A stretch of DNA of 64,000 nt from Eledone cirrhosa (taxonomy: Eukaryota), in the NCBI GenBank assembly GCA_964016885.1, contig OZ024743.1, positions 377,332,001 through 377,396,000 of the forward strand. The letters run 5' to 3'. The notes beneath the pieces were generated by a model. It saw nothing but the letters and a program-made list of their open reading frames with translations. It was not told where the DNA came from and did not search any database. This document shows positions 1-15,000 of the stretch, piece after piece (the first letter of the stretch is position 1; each line of letters opens with the position of its first letter). The position numbers and the translations under genes are program-made.

Positions 1-3000
1 TTGTGCTGTTGTACTGTTGTGCTGTTGTGCTGTTGTACTGTTGTACTGTTGTGCTGTTGTGCTGTTGTACTGTTGTACTGTTGTACTGTTGTGCTGTTGT
101 GCTGTTGTACTGTTGTACTGTTGTGCTGTTGTGCTGTTGTACTGTTGTACTGTTGTGCTGTTGTACTGTTGTGCTGTTGTGCTGTTGTACTGTTGTACTG
201 TTGTGCTGTTGTGCTGTTGTACTGTTGTACTGTTGTGCTGTTGTGCTGTTGTACTGTTGTGCTGTTGTACTGTTGTGCTGTTGTACTGTTGTGCTGTTGT
301 GCTGTTGTACTGTTGTACTGTTGTGCTGTTGTGCTGTTGTACTGTTGTACTGTTGTGCTGTTGTGCTGTTGTACTGTTGTGCTGTTGTACTGTTGTGCTG
401 TTGTGCTGTTTTGCTGTTGTACTGTTGTACTGTTGTACTGTTGTGCTGTTGTACTGTTGTACTGTTGTGCTGTTGTGCTGTTGTACTGTTGTACTGTTGT
501 GCTGTTGTACTGTTGTACTGTTGTGCTGTTGTGCTGTTGTACTGTTGTGCTGTTGTGCTGTTGTACTGTTGTGCTGTTGTGCTGTTGTACTGTTGTGCTG
601 TTGTGCTGTTGTACTGTTGTACTGTTGTGCTGTTGTGCTGTTGTACTGTTGTGCTGTTGTACTGTTGTGCTGTTGTGCTGTTTTGCTGTTGTACTGTTGT
701 ACTGTTGTACTGTTGTGCTGTTGTACTGTTGTACTGTTGTGCTGTTGTGCTGTTGTACTGTTGTGCTGTTGTGCTGTTGTACTGTTGTACTGTTGTGCTG
801 TTGTACTGTTGTGCTGTTGTGCTGTTGTACTGTTGTGCTGTTGTACTGTTGTACTGTTGTACTGTTGTGCTGTTGTACTGTTGTACTGTTGTACTGTTGT
901 GCTGTTGTGCTGTTGTACTGTTGTGCTGTTGTACTGTTGTGCTGTTGTACTGTTGTACTGTTGTACTGTTGTACTGTTGTGCTGTTGTACTGTTGTACTG
1001 TTGTACTGTTGTACTGTTGTGCTGTTGTACTGTTGTGCTGTTGTACTGTTGTGCTGTTGTACTGTTGTACTGTTGTGCTGTTGTACTGTTGTGCTGTTGT
1101 ACTGTTGTGCTGTTGTACTGTTGTACTGTTGTGCTGTTGTACTGTTGTGCTGTTGTGCTGTTGTACTGTTGTACTGTTGTACTGTTGTACTGTTGTACTG
1201 TTGTGTTGTTGTGCTGTTGTACTGTTGTACTGTTGTGCTGTTGTACTGTTGTACTGTTGTGTTGTTGTACTGTTGTGCTGTTGTACTGTTGTACTGTTGT
1301 ACTGTTGTACTGTTGTACTGTTGTGCTGTTGTGCTGTTGTGCTGTTGTACTGTTGTACTGTTGTGCTGTTGTACTGTTGTACTGTTGTGCTGTTGTACTG
1401 TTGTGCTGTTGTACTGTTGTGCTGTTGTACTGTTGTACTGTTGTACTGTTGTACTGTTGTACTATTGTACTGTTGTGCTGTTGTACTGTTGTGCTGTTGT
1501 ACTGTTGTGCTGTTGTACTGTTGTGCTGTTGTACTGTTGTACTGTTGTACTGTTGTACTGTTGTACTGTTGTGCTGTTGTGCTGTTGTACTGTTGTACTG
1601 TTGTACTGTTGTACTGTTGTGCTGTTGTGCTGTTGTACTGTTGTGCTGTTGTGCTGTTGTGCTGTTGTACTGTTGTACTGTTGTACTGTTGTACTGTTGT
1701 ACTGTTGTGCTGTTGTACTGTTGTACTGTTGTACTGTTGTACTGTTGTGCTGTTGTGCTGTTGTACTGTTGTACTGTTGTACTGTTGTACTGTTGTGCTG
1801 TTGTACTGTTGTAATGTTGTGCTGTTGTACTGTTGTACTGTTGTACTGTTGTACTGTTGTACTGTTGTACTGTTGTACTGTTGTGCTGTTGTACTGTTGT
1901 ACTGTTGTACTGTTGTGCTGTTGTACTGTTGTACTGTTGTGCTGTTGTACTGTTGTACTGTTGTACTGTTGTACTGTTGTACTGTTGTACTGTTGTGCTG
2001 TTGTACTGTTGTACTGTTGTACTGTTGTGCTGTTGTACTGTTGTACTGTTGTACTGTTGTGCTGTTGTACTGTTGTGCTGTTGTGCTGTTGTACTGTTGT
2101 GCTGTTGTGCTGTTGTGCTGTTGTACTGTTGTACTGTTGTGCTGTTGTGCTGTTGTACTGTTGTACTGTTGTACTGTTGTACTGTTGTACTGTTGTACTG
2201 TTGTGCTGTTGTACTGTTGTACTGTTGTACTGTTGTGCTGTTGTACTGTTGTACTGTTGTACTGTTGTGCTGTTGTACTGTTGTACTGTTGTACTGTTGT
2301 ACTGTTGTACTGTTGTGCTGTTGTACTGTTGTGCTGTTGTGCTATTGTACTGTTGTACTGTTGTGCTGTTGTACTGTTGTGCTGTTGTGCTGTTGTACTG
2401 TTGTGCTATTGTACTGTTGTACTGTTGTGCTGTTGTACTGTTGTGCTGTTGTGCTGTTGTACTGTTGTGCTGTTGTGCTGTTGTACTGTTGTACTGTTGT
2501 ACTGTTGTGCTGTTGTACTGTTGTGCTGTTGTACTGTTGTACTGTTGTACTGTTGTACTGTTGTACTGTTGTACTGTTGTGCTGTTGTACTGTTGTACTG
2601 TTGTACTGTTGTGCTGTTGTACTGTTGTGCTGTTGTGCTGTTGTACTGTTGTGCTGTTGTGCTATTGTGCTGTTGTGCTGTTGTGCTGTTTTACTGTTGT
2701 ACTGTTGTGCTGTTGTGCTGTTGTACTGTTGTACTGTTGTACTGTTGTACTGTTGTACTGTTGTACTGTTGTGCTGTTGTACTGTTGTACTGTTGTACTG
2801 TTGTGCTGTTGTACTGTTGTGCTGTTGTGCTGTTGTACTGTTGTGCTATTGTGCTGTTGTGCTGTTGTGCTGTTGTACTGTTGTACTGTTGTGCTGTTGT
2901 GCTGTTGTACTGTTGTACTGTTGTACTGTTGTACTGTTGTGCTGTTGTACTGTTGTACTGTTGTACTGTTGTGCTGTTGTACTGTTGTGCTGTTGTGCTG

Positions 3001-6000
3001 TTGTACTGTTGTGCTATTGTACTGTTGTACTGTTGTGCTGTTGTACTGTTGTGCTGTTGTGCTGTTGTACTGTTGTGCTGTTGTGCTGTTGTACTGTTGT
3101 ACTGTTGTACTGTTGTGCTGTTGTGCTGTTGTACTGTTGTACTGTTGTGCTGTTGTGCTGTTGTACTGTTGTACTGTTGTACTGTTGTACTGTTGTGCTG
3201 TTGTACTGTTGTACTGTTGTACTGTTGTGCTGTTGTACTGTTGTGCTGTTGTACTGTTGTGCTGTTGTGCTATTGTGCTGTTGTGCTGTTGTGCTGTTGT
3301 ACTGTTGTACTGTTGTGCTGTTGTGCTGTTGTGCTGTTGTACTGTTGTGCTATTGTGCTGTTGTGCTGTTGTGCTGTTGTACTGTTGTACTGTTGTGCTG
3401 TTGTGCTGTTGTACTGTTGTACTGTTGTACTGTTGTACTGTTGTACTGTTGTACTGTTGTGCTGTTGTACTGTTGTACTGTTGTACTGTTGTGCTGTTGT
3501 ACTGTTGTGCTGTTGTACTGTTGTGCTGTTGTGCTATTGTGCCGTTGTGCTGTTGTGCTGTTGTACTGTTGTACTGTTGTGCTGTTGTGCTGTTGTACTG
3601 TTGTACTGTTGTACTGTTGTACTGTTGTGCTGTTGTACTGTTGTACTGTTGTACTGTTGTGCTGTTGTACTGTTGTGCTGTTGTGCTGTTGTACTGTTGT
3701 GCTGTTGTGCTATTGTGCTGTTGTGCTGTTGTACTGTTGTACTGTTGTGCTGTTGTGCTGTTGTACTGTTGTACTGTTGTACTGTTGTACTGTTGTACTG
3801 TTGTACTGTTGTGCTGTTGTACTGTTGTGCTGTTGTGCTGTTGTACTGTTGTACTGTTGTACTCTTGTACTGTTGTGCTGTTGTACTGTTGTACTGTTGT
3901 GCTGTTGTACTGTTGTGCTGTTGTACTGTTGTACTGTTGTACTCTTGTACTGTTGTGCTGTTGTACTGTTGTGCTGTTGTACTGTTGTACTGTTGTACTG
4001 TTGTACTGTTGTACTGTTGTGCTGTTGTACTGTTGTACTGTTGTACTGTTGTGCTGTTGTACTGTTGTACTGTTGTACTGTTGTACTGTTGTACTGTTGT
4101 ACTGTTGTGCTGTTGTACTGTTGTGCTGTTGTACTGTTGTGCTGTTGTACTGTTGTGCTGTTGTACTGTTGTACTGTTGTGCTGTTGTACTGTTGTGCTG
4201 TTGTACTGTTGTGCTGTTGTACTGTTGTACTGTTGTGCTGTTGTGCTGTTGTACTGTTGTGCTGTTGTGCTGTTGTGCTGTTGTACTGTTGTGCTGTTGT
4301 ACTGTTGTGCTGTTGTACTGTTGTGCTGTTGTACTGTTGTACTGTTGTGCTGTTGTGTTGTTGTGCTGTTGTACTGTTGTACTGTTGTACTGTTGTGCTG
4401 TTGTGCTGTTGTACTGTTGTACTGTTGTGCTGTTGTACTGTTGTACTGTTGTACTGTTGTACTGTTGTGCTGTTGTACTGTTGTGCTGTTGTACTGTTGT
4501 ACTGTTGTACTGTTGTACTGTTGTGCTGTTGTACTGTTGTGATGTTGTACTGTTGTACTGTTGTACTGTTGTGTTGTTGTGCTGTTGTACTGTTGTACTG
4601 TTGTACTGTTGTGCTGTTGTGCTGTTGTACTGTTGTACTGTTGTGCTGTTGTACTGTTGTACTGTTGTACTGTTGTACTGTTGTACTGTTGTGCTGTTGT
4701 ACTGTTGTACTGTTGTACTGTTGTGCTGTTGTACTGTTGTACTGTTGTACTGTTGTACTGTTGTACTGTTGTACTGTTGTACTCTTGTACTGTTGTGCTG
4801 TTGTACTGTTGTGTTGTTGTGCTGTTGTACTTTTGTACTGTTGTACTGTTGTGCTGTTGTACTGTTGTGCTGTTGTACTGTTGTGCTGTTGTACTGTTGT
4901 ACTGTTGTACTGTTGTACTGTTGTAATGTTGTACTGTTGTACTGTTGTACTGTTGTGTTGTTGTGCTGTTGTACTGTTGTACTGTTGTACTGTTGTGCTG
5001 TTGTGCTGTTGTACTGTTGTACTGTTGTACTGTTGTACTGTTGTACTGTTGTACTGTTGTGTTGTTGTGCTGTTGTACTGTTGTACTGTTGTACTGTTGT
5101 ACTGTTGTACTGTTGTACTGTTGTACTGTTGTACTGTTGTACTGTTGTCCTGTTGTGCTGTTGTACTGTTGTACTGTTGTGCTGTTGTGCTGTTGTACTG
5201 TTGTGTTGTTGTACTGTTGTGTTGTGCTGTTGTGCTGTTGTGCTGTTGTACTGTTGTACTGTTGTACTGTTGTGCTGTTGTACTGTTGTACTGTTGTGTT
5301 GTGCTGTTGTGCTGTTGTGCTGTTGTACTGTTGTGTTGTTGTGCTGTTGTACTGTTGTGTTGTGCTGTTGTGCTGTTGTGCTGTTGTACTGTTGTGTTGT
5401 TGTGCTGTTGTACTGTTGTACTGTTGTGCTGTTGTACTGTTGTACTGTTGTACTGTTGTGCTGTTGTACTGTTGTACTGTTGTACTGTTGTACTGTTGTG
5501 TTGTGCTGTTGTGCTGTTGTGCTGTTGTACTGTTGTGTTGTTGTGCTGTTGTACTGTTGTACTGTTGTACTGTTGTGCTGTTGTGCTGTTGTACTGTTGT
5601 ACTGTTGTACTGTTGTACTGTTGTACTGTTGTACTGTTGTGTTGTGCTGTTGTGCTGTTGTGCTGTTGTACTGTTGTGTTGTTGTGCTGTTGTACTGTTG
5701 TACTGTTGTGCTGTTGTGCTGTTGTACTGTTGTACTGTTGTACTGTTGTACTGTTGTACTGTTGTGTTGTGCTGTTGTGCTGTTGTGCTGTTGTACTGTT
5801 GTGTTGTTGTGCTGTTGTACTGTTGTACTGTTGTACTGTTGTGCTGTTGTGCTGTTGTACTGTTGTACTGTTGTACTGTTGTACTGTTGTGTTGTACTGT
5901 TGTACTGTTGTGCTGTTGTACTGTTGTGCTGTTGTGCTGTTGTACTGTTGTGCTGTTGTGCTATTGTGCTGTTGTGCTGTTGTACTGTTGTACTGTTGTG

Positions 6001-9000
6001 CTGTTGTATTGTTGTACTGTTGTGCTGTTGTACTGTTGTACTGTTGTACTGTTGTACTGTTGTACTGTTGTACTGTTGTACTCTTGTACTCTTGTACTGT
6101 TGTACTGTTGTACTGTTGTACTGTTGTACTGTTGTACTGTTGTACTGTTGTACTGTTGTACTGTTGTACTGTTGTGCTGTTGTGCTGTTGTACTGTTGTG
6201 CTGTTGTACTGTTGTGCTGTTGTACTGTTGTGCTGTTGTACTGTTGTACTGTTGTGCTGTTGTACTGTTGTGCTGTTGTACTGTTGTGCTGTTGTACTGT
6301 TGTGCTGTTGTGCTGTTGTACTGTTGTGCTGTTGTGCTGTTGTGCTGTTGTACTGTTGTGCTGTTGTACTGTTGTGCTGTTGTACTGTTGTGCTGTTGTA
6401 CTGTTGTACTGTTGTGCTGTTGTGCTGTTGTACTGTTGTGCTGTTGTACTGTTGTGCTGTTGTACTGTTGTACTGTTGTACTGTTGTGTTGTTGTGCTGT
6501 TGTACTGTTGTACTGTTGTGCTGTTGTACTGTTGTGCTGTTGTACTGTTGTACTGTTGTACTGTTGTACTGTTGTACTGTTGTACTGTTGTACTGTTGTG
6601 CTGTTGTACTGTTGTACTGTTGTACTGTTGTGCTGTTGTACTGTTGTACTGTTGTACTGTTGTACTGTTGTACTCTTGTACTGTTGTGCTGTTGTACTGT
6701 TGTGTTGTTGTGCTGTTGTACTGTTTTACTGTTGTACTGTTGTGCTGTTGTACTGTTGTACTCTTGTACTGTTGTGCTGTTGTACTGTTGTGTTGTTGTG
6801 CTGTTGTACTGTTGTACTGTTGTACTGTTGTACTGTTGTACTGTTGTGCTGTTGTGCTGTTGTACTGTTGTACTGTTGTACTGTTGTACTGTTGTACTGT
6901 TGTACTGTTGTGTTGTGCTGTTGTGCTGTTGTGCTGTTGTACTGTTGTGTTGTTGTGCTGTTGTACTGTTGTACTGTTGTGCTGTTGTGCTGTTGTACTG
7001 TTGTACTGTTGTACTGTTGTACTGTTGTACTGTTGTGTTGTGCTGTTGTGCTGTTGTGCTGTTGTACTGTTGTGTTGTTGTGCTGTTGTACTGTTGTACT
7101 GTTGTACTGTTGTGCTGTTGTGCTGTTGTACTGTTGTACTGTTGTACTGTTGTACTGTTGTGTTGTACTGTTGTACTGTTGTGCTGTTGTACTGTTGTGC
7201 TGTTGTGCTGTTGTACTGTTGTGCTGTTGTGCTATTGTGCTGTTGTGCTGTTGTACTGTTGTACTGTTGTGCTGTTGTACTGTTGTACTGTTGTGCTGTT
7301 GTGCTGTTGTACTGTTGTACTGTTGTACTGTTGTACTGTTGTACTGTTGTGCTGTTGTGCTGTTGTACTGTTGTACTGTTGTGCTGTTGTACTGTTGTAC
7401 TGTTGTGCTGTTGTGCTGTTGTACTGTTGTACTGTTGTACTGTTGTACTGTTGTACTGTTGTGCTGTTGTACTGTTGTACTGTTGTACTGTTGTGCTGTT
7501 GTGCTGTTGTACTGTTGTACTGTTGTACTGTTGTACTGTTGTGCTGTTGTACTGTTGTACTGTTGTACTGTTGTGCTGTTGTACTGTTGTACTGTTGTGC
7601 TGTTGTACTGTTGTACTGTTGTACTGTTGTGCTGTTGTGCTGTTGTACTGTTGTACTGTTGTACTGTTGTACTGTTGTACTGTTGTGCTGTTGTACTGTT
7701 GTACTGTTGTACTGTTGTGCTGTTGTGCTGTTGTACTGTTGTACTGTTGTACTGTTGTGCTGTTGTGCTGTTGTACTGTTGTACTGTTGTACTGTTGTAC
7801 TGTTGTACTGTTGTGCTGTTGTACTGTTGTACTGTTGTACTGTTGTGCTGTTGTGCTGTTGTACTGTTGTACTGTTGTACTGTTGTACTGTTGTACTGTT
7901 GTGCTGTTGTACTGTTGTACTGTTGTACTGTTGTGCTGTTGTACTGTTGTACTGTTGTGCTGTTGTACTGTTGTGCTGTTGTACTGTTGTACTGTTGTAC
8001 TGTTGTACTGTTGTACTGTTGTACTGTTGTGCTGTTGTGCTGTTGTACTGTTGTACTGTTGTGCTGTTGTACTGTTGTACTGTTGTGCTGTTGTACTGTT
8101 GTGCTGTTGTGCTGTTGTACTGTTGTACTGTTGTGCTGTTGTGTTGTTGTACTGTTGTACTGTTGTACTGTTGTGCTGTTGTGCTGTTGTGTTGTTGTGC
8201 TCTTGTGCTGTTGCACTGTTGTGCTGTTGCACTGTTGTACTGTTGTACTGTTGTGCTGTTGTGTTGTTGTACTGTTGTACTGTTGTACTGTTGTGCTGTT
8301 GTGCTGTTGTGCTGTTGTACTGTTGTACTGTTGTACTGTTGTGTTGTTGTGCTGTTGTGCTGTTGTACTGTTGTACTGTTGTACTGTTGTGTTGTTGTGC
8401 TGTTGTGCTGTTGCACTGTTGTACTGTTGTACTGTTGTGCTGTTGTGTTGTTGTACTGTTGTACTGTTGTACTGTTGTGCTGTTGTGCTGTTGTGCTGTT
8501 GTACTGTTGTGCTGTTGTGTTGTTGTGCTGTTGTGTTGTTGTACTGTTGTGCTGTTGTACTGTTGTACTGTTGTACTGTTGTGCTGTTGTGTTGTTGTAC
8601 TGTTGTGCTGTTGTACTGTTGTGCTGTTGTACTGTTGTACTGTTGTACTGTTGTACTGTTGTGCTGTTGTACTGTTGTACTGTTGTACTGTTGTACTGTT
8701 GTGCTGTTGTACTGTTGTGCTGTTGTACTGTTGTGCTGTTGTACTGTTGTGCTGTTGTGCTGTTGTGCTGTTGTACTGTTGTACTGTTGTGCTGTTGTGT
8801 TGTTGTACTGTTGTACTGTTGTACTGTTGTGCTGTTGTGCTGTTGTGTTGTTGTGCTCTTGTGCTGTTGCACTGTTGTGCTGTTGCACTGTTGTACTGTT
8901 GTACTGTTGTGCTGTTGTGTTGTTGTACTGTTGTACTGTTGTGCTGTTGTACTGTTGTACTGTTGTGCTGTTGTGCTGTTGTACTGTTGTACTGTTGTAC

Positions 9001-12000
9001 TGTTGTACTGTTGTGTTGTTGTGCTGTTGTACTGTTGTACTGTTGTGCTGTTGTACTGTTGTACTGTTGTGTTGTTGTACTCTTGTGCTGTTGTACTGTT
9101 GTACTGTTGTACTGTTGTACTGTTGTGCTGTTGTACTGTTGTGCTGTTGTGCTGTTGTGCTGTTGTACTGTTGTACTGTTGTACTGTTGTGCTGTTGTGC
9201 TGTTGTGCTGTTGTACTGTTGTACTGTTGTGCTGTTGTACTGTTGTACTGTTGTGCTGTTGTACTGTTGTGCTGTTGTACTGTTGTGCTGTTGTACTGTT
9301 GTACTGTTGTACTGTTGTACTATTGTACTGTTGTGCTGTTGTACTGTTGTGCTGTTGTACTGTTGTGCTGTTGTACTGCTGTGCTGTTGTACTGTTGTAC
9401 TGTTGTACTGTTGTACTGTTGTGCTGTTGTGCTGTTGTACTGTTGTACTGTTGTACTGTTGTACTGTTGTGCTGTTGTGCTGTTGTACTGTTGTGCTGTT
9501 GTGCTGTTGTGCTGTTGTACTGTTGTACTGTTGTACTGTTGTACTGTTGTACTGTTGTGCTGTTGTACTGTTGTACTGTTGTACTGTTGTACTGTTGTGC
9601 TGTTGTGCTGTTGTACTGTTGTACTGTTGTACTGTTGTACTGTTGTGCTGTTGTACTGTTGTAATGTTGTGCTGTTGTACTGTTGTACTGTTGTACTGTT
9701 GTACTGTTGTACTGTTGTACTGTTGTACTGTTGTGCTGTTGTACTGTTGTACTGTTGTACTGTTGTGCTGTTGTACTGTTGTACTGTTGTGCTGTTGTAC
9801 TGTTGTACTGTTGTACTGTTGTACTGTTGTACTGTTGTACTGTTGTGCTGTTGTACTGTTGTACTGTTGTACTGTTGTGCTGTTGTACTGTTGTACTGTT
9901 GTACTGTTGTGCTGTTGTACTGTTGTGCTGTTGTGCTGTTGTACTGTTGTGCTGTTGTGCTGTTGTGCTGTTGTACTGTTGTACTGTTGTGCTGTTGTGC
10001 TGTTGTACTGTTGTACTGTTGTACTGTTGTACTGTTGTACTGTTGTACTGTTGTGCTGTTGTACTGTTGTACTGTTGTACTGTTGTGCTGTTGTACTGTT
10101 GTACTGTTGTACTGTTGTGCTGTTGTACTGTTGTACTGTTGTACTGTTGTACTGTTGTACTGTTGTGCTGTTGTACTGTTGTGCTGTTGTGCTATTGTAC
10201 TGTTGTACTGTTGTGCTGTTGTACTGTTGTGCTGTTGTGCTGTTGTACTGTTGTGCTATTGTACTGTTGTACTGTTGTGCTGTTGTACTGTTGTGCTGTT
10301 GTGCTGTTGTACTGTTGTGCTGTTGTGCTGTTGTACTGTTGTACTGTTGTACTGTTGTGCTGTTGTACTGTTGTGCTGTTGTACTGTTGTACTGTTGTAC
10401 TGTTGTACTGTTGTACTGTTGTACTGTTGTGCTGTTGTACTGTTGTACTGTTGTACTGTTGTGCTGTTGTACTGTTGTGCTGTTGTGCTGTTGTACTGTT
10501 GTGCTGTTGTGCTATTGTGCTGTTGTGCTGTTGTGCTGTTTTACTGTTGTACTGTTGTGCTGTTGTGCTGTTGTACTGTTGTACTGTTGTACTGTTGTAC
10601 TGTTGTACTGTTGTACTGTTGTGCTGTTGTACTGTTGTACTGTTGTACTGTTGTGCTGTTGTACTGTTGTGCTGTTGTGCTGTTGTACTGTTGTGCTATT
10701 GTGCTGTTGTGCTGTTGTGCTGTTGTACTGTTGTACTGTTGTACTGTTGTACTGTTGTGCTGTTGTACTGTTGTACTGTTGTACTGTTGTGCTGTTGTAC
10801 TGTTGTGCTGTTGTGCTGTTGTACTGTTGTGCTATTGTACTGTTGTACTGTTGTGCTGTTGTACTGTTGTGCTGTTGTGCTGTTGTACTGTTGTGCTGTT
10901 GTGCTGTTGTACTGTTGTACTGTTGTACTGTTGTGCTGTTGTGCTGTTGTACTGTTGTACTGTTGTGCTGTTGTGCTGTTGTACTGTTGTACTGTTGTAC
11001 TGTTGTACTGTTGTACTGTTGTGCTGTTGTACTGTTGTACTGTTGTACTGTTGTGCTGTTGTACTGTTGTGCTGTTGTACTGTTGTGCTGTTGTGCTATT
11101 GTGCTGTTGTGCTGTTGTGCTGTTGTACTGTTGTACTGTTGTGCTGTTGTGCTGTTGTGCTGTTGTACTGTTGTGCTATTGTGCTGTTGTGCTGTTGTGC
11201 TGTTGTACTGTTGTACTGTTGTGCTGTTGTGCTGTTGTACTGTTGTACTGTTGTACTGTTGTACTGTTGTACTGTTGTACTGTTGTGCTGTTGTACTGTT
11301 GTACTGTTGTACTGTTGTGCTGTTGTACTGTTGTGCTGTTGTACTGTTGTGCTGTTGTGCTATTGTGCCGTTGTGCTGTTGTGCTGTTGTACTGTTGTAC
11401 TGTTGTGCTGTTGTGCTGTTGTACTGTTGTACTGTTGTACTGTTGTACTGTTGTGCTGTTGTACTGTTGTACTGTTGTACTGTTGTGCTGTTGTACTGTT
11501 GTGCTGTTGTGCTGTTGTACTGTTGTGCTGTTGTGCTATTGTGCTGTTGTGCTGTTGTACTGTTGTACTGTTGTGCTGTTGTGCTGTTGTACTGTTGTAC
11601 TGTTGTACTGTTGTACTGTTGTACTGTTGTACTGTTGTGCTGTTGTACTGTTGTGCTGTTGTGCTGTTGTACTGTTGTACTGTTGTACTCTTGTACTGTT
11701 GTGCTGTTGTACTGTTGTACTGTTGTGCTGTTGTACTGTTGTGCTGTTGTACTGTTGTACTGTTGTACTCTTGTACTGTTGTGCTGTTGTACTGTTGTGC
11801 TGTTGTACTGTTGTACTGTTGTACTGTTGTACTGTTGTACTGTTGTGCTGTTGTACTGTTGTACTGTTGTACTGTTGTGCTGTTGTACTGTTGTACTGTT
11901 GTACTGTTGTACTGTTGTACTGTTGTGCTGTTGTGCTGTTGTACTGTTGTGCTGTTGTACTGTTGTGCTGTTGTACTGTTGTGCTGTTGTACTGTTGTAC

Positions 12001-15000
12001 TGTTGTGCTGTTGTACTGTTGTGCTGTTGTACTGTTGTGCTGTTGTACTGTTGTACTGTTGTGCTGTTGTGCTGTTGTACTGTTGTGCTGTTGTGCTGTT
12101 GTGCTGTTGTACTGTTGTGCTGTTGTACTGTTGTGCTGTTGTACTGTTGTGCTGTTGTACTGTTGTACTGTTGTGCTGTTGTGTTGTTGTGCTGTTGTAC
12201 TGTTGTACTGTTGTACTGTTGTGCTGTTGTGCTGTTGTACTGTTGTACTGTTGTGCTGTTGTACTGTTGTACTGTTGTACTGTTGTACTGTTGTGCTGTT
12301 GTACTGTTGTGCTGTTGTACTGTTGTACTGTTGTACTGTTGTACTGTTGTGCTGTTGTACTGTTGTGCTGTTGTACTGTTGTACTGTTGTACTGTTGTGT
12401 TGTTGTGCTGTTGTACTGTTGTACTGTTGTACTGTTGTGCTGTTGTGCTGTTGTACTGTTGTACTGTTGTGCTGTTGTACTGTTGTACTGTTGTACTGTT
12501 GTACTGTTGTACTGTTGTGCTGTTGTACTGTTGTACTGTTGTACTGTTGTGCTGTTGTACTGTTGTACTGTTGTACTGTTGTACTGTTGTACTGTTGTAC
12601 TGTTGTACTGTTGTACTCTTGTACTGTTGTGCTGTTGTACTGTTGTGTTGTTGTGCTGTTGTACTTTTGTACTGTTGTACTGTTGTGCTGTTGTACTGTT
12701 GTGCTGTTGTACTGTTGTGCTGTTGTACTGTTGTACTGTTGTACTGTTGTACTGTTGTAATGTTGTACTGTTGTACTGTTGTACTGTTGTGTTGTTGTGC
12801 TGTTGTACTGTTGTACTGTTGTACTGTTGTGCTGTTGTGCTGTTGTACTGTTGTACTGTTGTACTGTTGTACTGTTGTACTGTTGTACTGTTGTGTTGTT
12901 GTGCTGTTGTACTGTTGTACTGTTGTACTGTTGTACTGTTGTACTGTTGTACTGTTGTACTGTTGTACTGTTGTACTGTTGTCCTGTTGTGCTGTTGTAC
13001 TGTTGTACTGTTGTGCTGTTGTGCTGTTGTACTGTTGTGTTGTTGTACTGTTGTGTTGTGCTGTTGTGCTGTTGTGCTGTTGTACTGTTGTACTGTTGTA
13101 CTGTTGTGCTGTTGTACTGTTGTACTGTTGTGTTGTGCTGTTGTGCTGTTGTGCTGTTGTACTGTTGTGTTGTTGTGCTGTTGTACTGTTGTGTTGTGCT
13201 GTTGTGCTGTTGTGCTGTTGTACTGTTGTGTTGTTGTGCTGTTGTACTGTTGTACTGTTGTGCTGTTGTACTGTTGTACTGTTGTACTGTTGTGCTGTTG
13301 TACAGTTGTACTGTTGTACTGTTGTACTGTTGTGTTGTGCTGTTGTGCTGTTGTGCTGTTGTACTGTTGTGTTGTTGTGCTGTTGTACTGTTGTACTGTT
13401 GTACTGTTGTGCTGTTGTGCTGTTGTACTGTTGTACTGTTGTACTGTTGTACTGTTGTACTGTTGTACTGTTGTGTTGTGCTGTTGTGCTGTTGTGCTGT
13501 TGTACTGTTGTGTTGTTGTGCTGTTGTACTGTTGTACTGTTGTGCTGTTGTGCTGTTGTACTGTTGTACTGTTGTACTGTTGTACTGTTGTACTGTTGTG
13601 TTGTGCTGTTGTGCTGTTGTGCTGTTGTACTGTTGTGTTGTTGTGCTGTTGTACTGTTGTACTGTTGTACTGTTGTGCTGTTGTGCTGTTGTACTGTTGT
13701 ACTGTTGTACTGTTGTACTGTTGTGTTGTACTGTTGTACTGTTGTGCTGTTGTACTGTTGTGCTGTTGTGCTGTTGTACTGTTGTGCTGTTGTGCTATTG
13801 TGCTGTTGTGCTGTTGTACTGTTGTACTGTTGTGCTGTTGTACTGTTGTACTGTTGTGCTGTTGTACTGTTGTACTGTTGTACTGTTGTACTGTTGTACT
13901 GTTGTACTGTTGTACTCTTGTACTCTTGTACTCTTGTACTGTTGTACTGTTGTACTGTTGTACTGTTGTACTGTTGTACTGTTGTACTGTTGTACTGTTG
14001 TGCTGTTGTGCTGTTGTACTGTTGTGCTGTTGTACTGTTGTGCTGTTGTACTGTTGTGCTGTTGTACTGTTGTACTGTTGTGCTGTTGTACTGTTGTGCT
14101 GTTGTACTGTTGTGCTGTTGTACTGTTGTGCTGTTGTGCTGTTGTACTGTTGTGCTGTTGTGCTGTTGTGCTGTTGTACTGTTGTGCTGTTGTACTGTTG
14201 TGCTGTTGTACTGTTGTGCTGTTGTACTGTTGTACTGTTGTGCTGTTGTGCTGTTGTACTGTTGTGCTGTTGTACTGTTGTGCTGTTGTACTGTTGTACT
14301 GTTGTACTGTTGTGTTGTTGTGCTGTTGTACTGTTGTACTGTTGTGCTGTTGTACTGTTGTGCTGTTGTACTGTTGTACTGTTGTACTGTTGTACTGTTG
14401 TACTGTTGTACTGTTGTACTGTTGTGCTGTTGTACTGTTGTACTGTTGTACTGTTGTGCTGTTGTACTGTTGTACTGTTGTACTGTTGTACTGTTGTACT
14501 CTTGTACTGTTGTGCTGTTGTACTGTTGTGTTGTTGTGCTGTTGTACTGTTTTACTGTTGTACTGTTGTGCTGTTGTACTGTTGTGCTGTTGTACTGTTG
14601 TACTGTTGTACTGTTGTACTGTTGTACTGTTGTACTGTTGTGTTGTTGTGCTGTTGTACTGTTGTACTGTTGTGCTGTTGTGCTGTTGTACTGTTGTACT
14701 GTTGTACTGTTGTACTGTTGTACTGTTGTACTGTTGTGTTGTTGTACTGTTGTACTGTTGTACTGTTGTACTGTTGTACTGTTGTACTGTTGTACTGTTG
14801 TACTGTTGTGCTGTTGTACTGTTGTGCTGTTGTGCTGTTGTACTGTTGTGTTGTTGTACTGTTGTGTTGTGCTGTTGTGCTGTTGTGCTGTTGTACTGTT
14901 GTACTGTTGTACTGTTGTGCTGTTGTACTGTTGTACTGTTGTGTTGTGCTGTTGTGCTGTTGTGCTGTTGTACTGTTGTGTTGTTGTGCTGTTGTGCTGT